From: Candidatus Saccharimonadota bacterium | Lineage (GTDB): Bacteria > Patescibacteriota > Saccharimonadia > UBA4664 | Direction of reading: 5' to 3' | Assembly (NCBI GenBank): GCA_019352195.1 | Contig: JACAFG010000005.1 | Location: 27,582 to 91,581, forward strand | DNA: 64,000 nucleotides | In this document: piece after piece, positions 56,865 through 64,000 of the stretch | How the letters are laid out: each line of letters opens with the position of its first letter | How positions within the stretch are numbered: position 1 is the stretch's first letter | Notes under the pieces: generated by a model | Databases searched by the model: none | Told to the model about the DNA's origin: nothing | Seen by the model: the letters and a program-made list of their open reading frames with translations, nothing else | Made by a program: the position numbers and the translations under genes

Positions 56865-57083
56865 AGGGTAAGGCCAGTCAGGCCGGCGTTAGGAGATGAT
56901 ATTTTCGCTAAACAATAGTAACTCTTGACGTTCATCGCAACCTGCGGGAACATGTATAAGCAAAACGAAGAACAAATCGAACGGTTAAGTTTGAAGCAGC
57001 GTAATGAGCCACCTCGGGCATAAGCTCGGGCCTTTTTTTCACCCCCATACAGTGGTTACGCTTTACGAAGGAGCTATCTAAAT

Positions 57084-57551
57084 ATGAATACCATGAGCAA
57101 CGAATTTTTACTGACGAGTGACGGCATTGCCACGCTCAAAGAAGAGCTGAACACACTTATTAAAGTTGAGCGTCCCGACATTGCCGAAAAGCTTAAAGAA
57201 GCTAAGGCAGAGGGCGATCTTAGCGAAAACGCCGGCTGGGACGCCGCACGCGACAAGCAGGGCTTTGTGGAAGGCCGTATCTCAGAAATTGAGCACATTT
57301 TGAAGCACGCCAAACTCATTCAGGCGAAAAGCAGCACGTCGGTGAGCCTGGGTTCAACCGTTCATGTCGAGCTTGAAGACGGCCGTCAGGAATACACCAT
57401 TGTTGGCCCAACCGAAGCTAACCCCGATAAGGGCATGATTTCGGATCAGTCGCCTCTCGGTATGGCTCTGCTTGGCAAGAAGCCTGGTGAAGAGGTCGAG
57501 ATTACCGTCCCCAACGGGACCATGACCTACAAAATCGTCAAAATCGCTTAG
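57084..57551 (+). CDS. greA: transcription elongation factor GreA
   Basis: GDLSENAGWDAARDKQ acidic finger region. Confidence 0.9.
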   Translation: MNTMSNEFLLTSDGIATLKEELNTLIKVERPDIAEKLKEAKAEGDLSENAGWDAARDKQGFVEGRISEIEHILKHAKLIQAKSSTSVSLGSTVHVELEDGRQEYTIVGPTEANPDKGMISDQSPLGMALLGKKPGEEVEITVPNGTMTYKIVKIA

Positions 57552-57601
57552 AGCGTCAGGCGGGATCACTGTATGTGATCTGGCGTCGGGACCTCAGGCT
57601 C

Positions 57602-57640
57602 ACAAACGCCACTTTCAGAAGAGAGTGGCGTTTGTGGCTT
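57602..57640 (+). terminator. terminator after greA
   Basis: 12-bp hairpin ACAAACGCCACT / AGTGGCGTTTGT. The ORF-track start of the next gene (57625) lies inside it. Confidence 0.5.
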
Positions 57641-57675
57641 TACCACAAGCTCACTCGAAAGGTACAATGGGGCGC

Positions 57676-59943
57676 ATGACAAACCCACAGACAACTGACT
57701 GGCTCGATAATTTAGTTGAGCAGATTTTGGTGGCGCGGCCGAAAGGCGAAATTATTGTGTCGAGCGGGCACTCGCCCTCGGGGACGTATCACGTCGGAAC
57801 CTTGCGTGAAGTTATGACGGCCAACGCGATTACCTGGGCCATACGACGGGCAGGGCGTGATGCTAAGCACGTTGATTTTGTGGATGATTTTGACGCTTTT
57901 CGCAAAGTGCCTCTGGGCATTGGGGTGCCCGAGAGTTGGTCGCAGTATTTGGGGCAGCCCCTGCGCGTGGTGCCTGATCCGTTTGAGTGTCACGAGTCGT
58001 ACGGTGCCCACTTTGTTACCGACTTATACGAAGGCCTCGCAGCGATTGGCGCGACGCCCGACGAAACGCTGTCGGGCTATGATCTGTATAAAGCGGGCAC
58101 CTACGCCGAGCAAATTGAAACGGCATTGGCTAAACTCGATGACATTCGTCATATTTTGACCGATGTTGGCGGTCGCCAGCTCGATGAGCGCTGGTCGCCG
58201 GTACAAATTTTGAGTGATAGTAATAATCTGCGTCAATGGAAATACGCCGGCTATAACGCCAGGACTAAAATGGTGAGCTGGACGGATGGTGACGGCGCAA
58301 CAGGTGAGCTGCCCATAGATACCGGGCGTATTAAGCTGGACTGGCGACTGGACTGGCCGGCGCGGTGGGCTAAGTGGGGAGTTGATGTCGAGCCATTTGG
58401 CCGCGATCACGCTACTAAAGGCGGGTCATACGATACGGGACGTGTCTTGGTGTCACAAATCTTCGGCGGTGAGGCACCCGTACCAGTCCCATATGAATTT
58501 ATTATGACGGTAGGCGAGACCAAGAAGATGAGTAAATCATCTGGTAACGTGTTAACGCCAAAAGATGCGCTAGAAGTTATGCCGCCTGAGCTCCTGCGCT
58601 ACTTCATTGTGAAAAACCGACCGGGGCGAACCCTTAATTTTGATGCCGGAGTCGGTCTGTATACCCTCATTGATGAGTACGTGCGTGAACGCGGATCAAG
58701 TTCGGCTGGCATTGCTTACGCCAATAGTGTGCTGACGACCGAAACGCTCAGCGATGTGCCGTTTAGCCATCTGGTGGCGGTCTCCCAGGCTGTTCCCGGT
58801 AATACCGAGGCTATTTATGAGGTGTTGGCCCGAACCGGCTATGCCAAGCAGGTGCAGTCTCAGCGCGATATTATTGCTCGCGAGTTGGTATTTGTGGCTA
58901 ACTGGCTGGCCAAACACGCCCCGGACAGCGTGAAGTTTAGCCTGCAAGCTGATCTGCCCGCCATGGAGTTATCAGAGGCGCAACAGGCATTGCTGGGCAA
59001 TCTAGCCGTGGCGATTCAAACTAATAATCTCGATGCCGAAGGCATGCATCTGGCAATCTACTCAGCTGCCGAGACGCATCAGCTCACGCCGGCACAGGCG
59101 TTTCAGGCGCTTTACCGCGTATTGCTCAACCAAGACTCTGGTCCCAAGGCCGGATGGTTTCTGGCGTCGCTAGCCGAGCAGGACAAGCCTTGGCTGGTAA
59201 AGCGGCTGAAGGCAGCCTCCGCTCCTCGTGCCGAGGTTTCGAACGCTCCTAAGTCGCTTGAGGCTGTGGTTGGCGGTAAGACGATATTTGCGATTGATCC
59301 GAAGGTTGTCGCGGCTTTTGCACAGCCATACGTGGGCTACGTCGTGGCTGATATTACGGTCAACTCAAGTGGCGACCAAGACGGTGCCTTGGCGCAAGTG
59401 AGCTTAGCCAACCGCGGTATTACTAAAGACACTATTACGGCCGAGCCGCTCATTGCCGTATGGCGTGATGTGTATCGCAGTTTCGGGGTTAAACCGAGCG
59501 ATTATCGTTCAAGTGTTGAGGCTTTGGTTCGGCGTGAGCTCGACGGCAAGCCGGCCAGTGTCAACTCAATCGTTGATTTGTATAATTTGGTTTCGGTACG
59601 CAATTTATTGCCCATGGGGGCTATGGATTTGGATCACGTGCATGGCACGATTCGGCTGCGGTTTGGCAAAGTCGGCGAAACGGCCGACCTGCTCGGTAAA
59701 GATAAGCCCGTGGATATTAGTTCTAAGCACGTCGTTTATGCCGATGACGACCATATTATTACGTGGCTATGGAATCATCGCGACGCCAAAGATACCGCAG
59801 TAACGACCGATACCAAGCACGCCATATTCTTCATCGACAGTGTTAGCGGGAGCGAAGTAGTGCAAACGGCGTTGGATGAATTAATAGCCGGCCTTGAAGC
59901 CTTGCCTGGTAATACGGTGCTGGCAAGTGGGGTTATCGGCTAG
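57676..59943 (+). CDS. lysK: class I lysyl-tRNA synthetase fused to C-terminal B3/B4-like domain
   Basis: SPSGTYHVGTLREV (class I LysRS HIGH region) and KMSKSSGN. The C-terminal ~230 aa carry the motif DLYNLVSVRNLLPMGAMDLDHVHGTIRLRFGK, which matches the PheT B3/B4 signature. The start is chosen at ATG 57676, 8 nt after TACAAT (leaderless). Confidence 0.8.
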   Translation: MTNPQTTDWLDNLVEQILVARPKGEIIVSSGHSPSGTYHVGTLREVMTANAITWAIRRAGRDAKHVDFVDDFDAFRKVPLGIGVPESWSQYLGQPLRVVPDPFECHESYGAHFVTDLYEGLAAIGATPDETLSGYDLYKAGTYAEQIETALAKLDDIRHILTDVGGRQLDERWSPVQILSDSNNLRQWKYAGYNARTKMVSWTDGDGATGELPIDTGRIKLDWRLDWPARWAKWGVDVEPFGRDHATKGGSYDTGRVLVSQIFGGEAPVPVPYEFIMTVGETKKMSKSSGNVLTPKDALEVMPPELLRYFIVKNRPGRTLNFDAGVGLYTLIDEYVRERGSSSAGIAYANSVLTTETLSDVPFSHLVAVSQAVPGNTEAIYEVLARTGYAKQVQSQRDIIARELVFVANWLAKHAPDSVKFSLQADLPAMELSEAQQALLGNLAVAIQTNNLDAEGMHLAIYSAAETHQLTPAQAFQALYRVLLNQDSGPKAGWFLASLAEQDKPWLVKRLKAASAPRAEVSNAPKSLEAVVGGKTIFAIDPKVVAAFAQPYVGYVVADITVNSSGDQDGALAQVSLANRGITKDTITAEPLIAVWRDVYRSFGVKPSDYRSSVEALVRRELDGKPASVNSIVDLYNLVSVRNLLPMGAMDLDHVHGTIRLRFGKVGETADLLGKDKPVDISSKHVVYADDDHIITWLWNHRDAKDTAVTTDTKHAIFFIDSVSGSEVVQTALDELIAGLEALPGNTVLASGVIG

Positions 59944-60104
59944 ATTCGGCTTAGTCGGTGGTTGCCCCGTCCTAGCTGGCTCGTCCGACAGATCATTGCG
60001 CTGTTACGAGCCGAAGGATCTAGTCGTATGGGCGGGGCGGAATTGACGTCGCGTGCTCGTGGTGTTTGCGCACACGCTCATTTCAGCCGTATAATCGAGT
60101 CACT

Positions 60105-61337
60105 ATGATTGACGTAAAATACCTCCGCGAAGCCCCCGAAGAATACCGTCACGCCGCCAAGGAGAAGGGGATGGGCGCTGAGGCTATCGAAGTCGCGCTT
60201 AAATTAGACGCATCCCGCCGCCAATTGATCGGCGAAGCTGAGCCAATCCGGGCTCAGTTGAATATTAAAGGTAAGCCAACGCCCGAAGAGTTAACCAAGC
60301 TGCAGACCGCCAAGGCGAAGCTCGCCGAAATCGACGTCAAATTGCAAACGGTGGAAGCCGAGTTTGCTCAGGCATTACTGAGTATTCCCAACTTACTGGC
60401 TCCAAATACCCCTTCAGGCGGGGAAGAGCACAACCGTGAAGATCGTGCTTGGGGTGGTCAGCCAAAGCATGACTTTGAAGCCAAAGAGCATTTGGCGATC
60501 GCCGAAGCGCATGGCTGGATCGACTTTGAGCGCGGAGCGAAAGTGGCTGGCTCCAAGTTTTACTACCTCAAGGGGGCAATTGTGCGGCTTGAGCTCGCTG
60601 TCACTCAGATGATTTTTGATCGCTTACACCAAGACGGTCTTGAGCCCGTGCTCGTGCCGCACATGGTGAATTCGCGGGTGCTGGAGGCCTCGGGCTATCA
60701 GCCTCGCGGTGAAGAACAGCAATCTTACAAAATTGAAGGTGATGATCTAACACTTATTGGTACGGCCGAAATTCCGCTGACAGGGTTTTATGGCGATGAA
60801 ATTCTCAGTGAGGCTCAATTGCCGTCGGCTTTTGCTGGTCTTAGTCCCGCCTACCGCCGCGAAGCTGGGGCTTATGGTAAGTACTCCAAAGGCCTGTACC
60901 GGGTGCATCAGTTTAACAAACTTGAGATGTATGTCTTTTGTAAGCCGGAAGAAAGCGCCAGTTGGCACCAAAAATTAGTAAAAATAGAAGAAGATATCTG
61001 CCAAGCGTTGGAGTTGCCCTACCGGGTAGTACGGATTGCGGCTGGGGATATGGGTGCTCCGGCCTATGAAAAATACGATATTGAGTACTGGAGCCCCTTG
61101 GAACAGACGTATCACGAGCTGATGAGCTGTAGTAATGTGACTGATTTTCAGGCTCGCAGGCTAAATATTCGTTATCGCGCCGATGACGGCAGCGTCCAAT
61201 TTGTGCATACTCTAAATGGAACAGCGGCCGCGTTTAGTCGAATGCCGATTGCGATCATCGAAAACCATCAGCAAGCCGACGGCTCGGTCCGTGTCCCACA
61301 GGCGCTATTACCTTACTTTGGAAGGGAGTCCCTATGA
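60105..61337 (+). CDS. serS: seryl-tRNA synthetase
   Basis: N-terminal coiled coil and class II motifs. TATAAT 60090-60095 lies 9 nt upstream of the ATG. The ORF-track TTG start lies within the promoter. Confidence 0.9.
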   Translation: MIDVKYLREAPEEYRHAAKEKGMGAEAIEVALKLDASRRQLIGEAEPIRAQLNIKGKPTPEELTKLQTAKAKLAEIDVKLQTVEAEFAQALLSIPNLLAPNTPSGGEEHNREDRAWGGQPKHDFEAKEHLAIAEAHGWIDFERGAKVAGSKFYYLKGAIVRLELAVTQMIFDRLHQDGLEPVLVPHMVNSRVLEASGYQPRGEEQQSYKIEGDDLTLIGTAEIPLTGFYGDEILSEAQLPSAFAGLSPAYRREAGAYGKYSKGLYRVHQFNKLEMYVFCKPEESASWHQKLVKIEEDICQALELPYRVVRIAAGDMGAPAYEKYDIEYWSPLEQTYHELMSCSNVTDFQARRLNIRYRADDGSVQFVHTLNGTAAAFSRMPIAIIENHQQADGSVRVPQALLPYFGRESL

Positions 61338-61732
61338 TCAAACTAGATGTGTCCGGACGCAACTACGAGGTCGACAAGCGACTTAAGGATTACTTAGAAG
61401 ATAAAATTGGCGGTTTGGAGCGATATTTGCCCCGTCAACTTAAAGATTCGGCCGAAGCTGTGGCAGTGCTATCAGATGACAAAAGCGGCCGAGAAGACAA
61501 TCGATTTGTTTGTGAAGTTATTATGAAAGTGAGCGGCGAGAAGTTTGTGGCCAAAGAAGGCACTGTCAACATGTACGCCGCCATCGATATTGTGGATGCG
61601 AAGCTCAAAGCCCAGCTCGCTACGTTTAAGGATAAATACACGCTCGAGCCACGCCGCGCCAAGATGCTGGGACGCCTCGTGGGGCGGACATCTGAGGCTG
61701 ATGAACCCCTCGCAGAGCCTGCGGCCGAGTAG
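61334..61732 (+). CDS. hpf: ribosome hibernation promoting factor (RaiA/HPF, short form)
   Basis: MIKLDVSGRNYEVDKRLKDYLEDKI. Confidence 0.8.
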   Translation: MIKLDVSGRNYEVDKRLKDYLEDKIGGLERYLPRQLKDSAEAVAVLSDDKSGREDNRFVCEVIMKVSGEKFVAKEGTVNMYAAIDIVDAKLKAQLATFKDKYTLEPRRAKMLGRLVGRTSEADEPLAEPAAE

Positions 61733-61793
61733 ATATCGCCTAAGCGAGTGGCATTTTTAGAATTTTCGGGCGCTTCGGTGTAAAATAGGGCAG

Positions 61794-64000
61794 ATGTCCA
61801 ATTTACTTACCAAAATTATTGGTGATCCGAGCGACCGCGAAATCAAGCGTGCCCGCGCGCTGGTCGATCGTATCAATAAGCATACCGACGCTATGTCGGC
61901 AAAATCTGACGATGAGCTGCGTAACGTCACGGCCGAGCTGCGAGCGCGCCTCGAAAAAGGTGAGAGTCTCGACTCGCTTTTGCCCGATGCCTTTGCGGCG
62001 GTGCGGGAAGCAGCGGGGCGGGTAATTGGCATGCGTCACTATGACGTTCAGCTGATAGGCGGCATTATTCTTCATCAAGGCAAAATTGCCGAAATGAAAA
62101 CGGGTGAGGGCAAGACCCTTACCGAAACTGCGCCAGCGTATCTCAACGCATTGAGCGGCAAAGGCGTGCATATTGTGACGGTAAACGATTACCTCGTACG
62201 CCGCGACGCCGGCTGGATGGCGCAAATTTACCACGCCCTCGGCATCACCACTGGCATTATTGTGCCCGACGCGGTGTTTGGGGTGTCGGCATTTGTTTTT
62301 GATCCCGATTTTGTCGACCCCGATGCTAACGATGAGCGTTTGGTGCACTTGCGTCCAGCCGCGCGGGCCGAGGCCTACGCCTGCGACGTCACCTATGGCA
62401 CGAATAATGAGTTTGGTTTCGATTATCTGCGCGACAACATGGTAGACGATTTGCGAAAGATGGTTCAGCGCCCGCTAAACTTCGCCATTGTCGACGAAGT
62501 AGACTCGATCCTAATTGATGAAGCCCGCACACCACTCATTATTTCGTCGCCGGCCAACGAAGCGACTGATAAGTATTATGATTTTGCCCGCATGGCGGCG
62601 GCGCTGAAGCCAACTGAGCACTACACGGTTGATGAAAAACTCAAAGCGGCCAGTCTAACTGATGAGGGTATTGAAGAGATCGAGCGGGTTTTGGGCGTTG
62701 ATAACGTCTATGAGGCCGGACGAATTGATGATGTCCACCATATCGAGCAGTCGCTTAGGGCGGTAGCGTTGTACCAGCGAGACCGCGACTACGTTATTCA
62801 AAACGGCGAAATTATTATTGTTGACGAGTTTACGGGACGACTTATGCCGGGACGCCGTTGGAGTGATGGCTTGCACCAAGCGGTTGAGGCCAAAGAAGGG
62901 GTTGAGATTAAGCAGGAGTCGCTGACGCTCGCCACGATTACCTTCCAGAACTTCTTCCGGTTATATAACAAATTGTCAGGAATGACAGGAACCGCCGCGA
63001 CAGAAGCTGAAGAATTTGGCAAAATATACAATTTGTATGTTGTAACGATTCCAACTAATCAGCCCAATGTGCGTGATGACCGCCCGGACCGCATTTATAA
63101 GACTGAGGAAGGCAAGTTTCGGGCCATCGCGCGCGAAGTTGCCGAGCGTCACGCCGCTGGGCAGCCGGTACTTATTGGTACGGTCTCGATCGCTAAGAAC
63201 GAGCTTTTGGGTACCTTTTTGACGCAGCTTCAAGTGCCGCATCAAATTTTGAATGCCAAAAACAACGAAACTGAGGCAGCTACGGTAGCGGCGGCGGGCG
63301 AGCGCGGGGCGGTAACTTTGGCCACCAATATTGCTGGCCGCGGCACCGACATTGTATTGGCCCCCGGAGTGGCCGATTTGGGCGGATTGCACGTGGTTGG
63401 GACTGAGCGTCATGAAAGTCGCCGGATTGATAACCAGCTGCGCGGTCGTGCTGGGCGTCAGGGTGATAATGGTTCGACCCAATTCTTCGTTTCGCTTGAA
63501 GATGATCTCATGCGTATATTTGGCGGTGAGCGAATTCAGAGCATGATGACGATGCTCGGGCTTGATGACGATACCCCAATTGAGAACAAAACCGTTTCTA
63601 AAAGCCTTGAAAGCGCCCAAAAACGTGTAGAAGGCCATAACTTTGATACCCGCAAACAGTTGGTTGAATATGACGATGTCATGAATAAGCACCGCGAGGC
63701 TATCTATAGCCGTCGCCGCCGCGCTCTTGAGCACTCTAAGCTCCGAGAAGAAATTGAGCCGATGATTCATGGTCAGCTGGAGGCAATGGTAACAGCGCAT
63801 ACCAACACGCGTACCAATGAAGTCGATTACCCGGCTTTGCTGGAGGCATTTGGCAGCATTTTGCCGCCGACGGCGGAAACGGCCGATAAACTGCAGCGCG
63901 CTCATGAATCCGAACTTATCGCGATTATGATGGATCAAATCTTGGCTGATTACGACGCGCGAACCGAGCACTTTACGCCCGAGGCCATGGCGCTTTTAGA
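61794..64000 (+). CDS. secA: preprotein translocase ATPase SecA (5' partial, continues beyond window)
   Basis: Manual translation from ATG 61794. The protein contains MKTGEGKTLTETAPAYLNALSGKGVHIVTVNDYLVRRD, FAIVDEVDSILIDEARTPLIIS and TNIAGRGTDI. It is not in the ORF track because it is open-ended. The minus-strand ORFs 61803..62348 and 62976..63971 are spurious. Confidence 0.9.
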   Translation, partial: MSNLLTKIIGDPSDREIKRARALVDRINKHTDAMSAKSDDELRNVTAELRARLEKGESLDSLLPDAFAAVREAAGRVIGMRHYDVQLIGGIILHQGKIAEMKTGEGKTLTETAPAYLNALSGKGVHIVTVNDYLVRRDAGWMAQIYHALGITTGIIVPDAVFGVSAFVFDPDFVDPDANDERLVHLRPAARAEAYACDVTYGTNNEFGFDYLRDNMVDDLRKMVQRPLNFAIVDEVDSILIDEARTPLIISSPANEATDKYYDFARMAAALKPTEHYTVDEKLKAASLTDEGIEEIERVLGVDNVYEAGRIDDVHHIEQSLRAVALYQRDRDYVIQNGEIIIVDEFTGRLMPGRRWSDGLHQAVEAKEGVEIKQESLTLATITFQNFFRLYNKLSGMTGTAATEAEEFGKIYNLYVVTIPTNQPNVRDDRPDRIYKTEEGKFRAIAREVAERHAAGQPVLIGTVSIAKNELLGTFLTQLQVPHQILNAKNNETEAATVAAAGERGAVTLATNIAGRGTDIVLAPGVADLGGLHVVGTERHESRRIDNQLRGRAGRQGDNGSTQFFVSLEDDLMRIFGGERIQSMMTMLGLDDDTPIENKTVSKSLESAQKRVEGHNFDTRKQLVEYDDVMNKHREAIYSRRRRALEHSKLREEIEPMIHGQLEAMVTAHTNTRTNEVDYPALLEAFGSILPPTAETADKLQRAHESELIAIMMDQILADYDARTEHFTPEAMALL

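Noticed and set aside
56990-57040. Terminator between mrdA and greA at the T7 run (gggccttttttt)
   Set aside because: The preceding sequence contains direct repeats (ctcgggc ... ctcgggc), not inverted ones. Only a weak 4-bp stem could form, so it is more likely part of the greA 5' region.
61803-63971. Minus-strand ORFs 61803..62348 and 62976..63971
   Set aside because: They are antisense to an unmistakable secA reading frame on the plus strand.

Overview
The window is a mostly syntenic housekeeping stretch from a small-genome bacterium, interrupted by two GC-rich accessory islands.

Housekeeping content:
- chromosome partitioning genes parA and parB
- a complete minus-strand F1Fo ATP synthase operon, atpI-like/BEFHAGDC
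- lepB, an LCP-family protein and htrA
- prmC, a TrmH-family methyltransferase, prfA and rpmE
- rpsB-tsf, then frr-uppS-rseP
- proS with a T-box-like leader
- the cell-shape cluster mreB, mreC, mreD and mrdA
- greA, a class I lysyl-tRNA synthetase, serS, hpf and the 5' end of secA

The first 20 kb is a cell-surface region. It holds four paralogous secreted Ser/Thr/Gly-rich proteins and a DUF916/CscA-like C-terminally anchored protein. Together these resemble the WxL/Csc surface-complex loci of Firmicutes. The region also carries a PKD-domain membrane protein, a 2036-aa secreted protein with seven LVIVD repeats, and two cohesin-like membrane proteins, one of them frameshifted.

The most unusual feature is a ~4.4 kb insertion between tsf and frr, where pyrH normally sits. 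It is a head-to-tail array of five or six small minus-strand genes. Each has its own near-consensus sigma70 promoter (TTGACT/TTGACA-17-TATAAA/TATAAT/TATAAG). Each is followed by an almost invariant ~37-nt GC-rich palindrome, GACGAAGCCCCACTGGCAATGGGGTCGCCGGTGGGGC. The genes fall into two paralogous families. Family A has two tandem HhH domains that resemble the RNA polymerase alpha subunit C-terminal domain. Family B is an unknown family with a conserved C-terminal FNPDTxSFE motif.

A second GC-rich island lies between rpmE and rpsB. It carries modular small genes with TTGACA-17-CATAAT promoters, a translationally coupled 60-aa/273-aa gene pair, and GC-rich terminators.

I recognised no rRNA, tRNA, CRISPR array, integrase or transposase.
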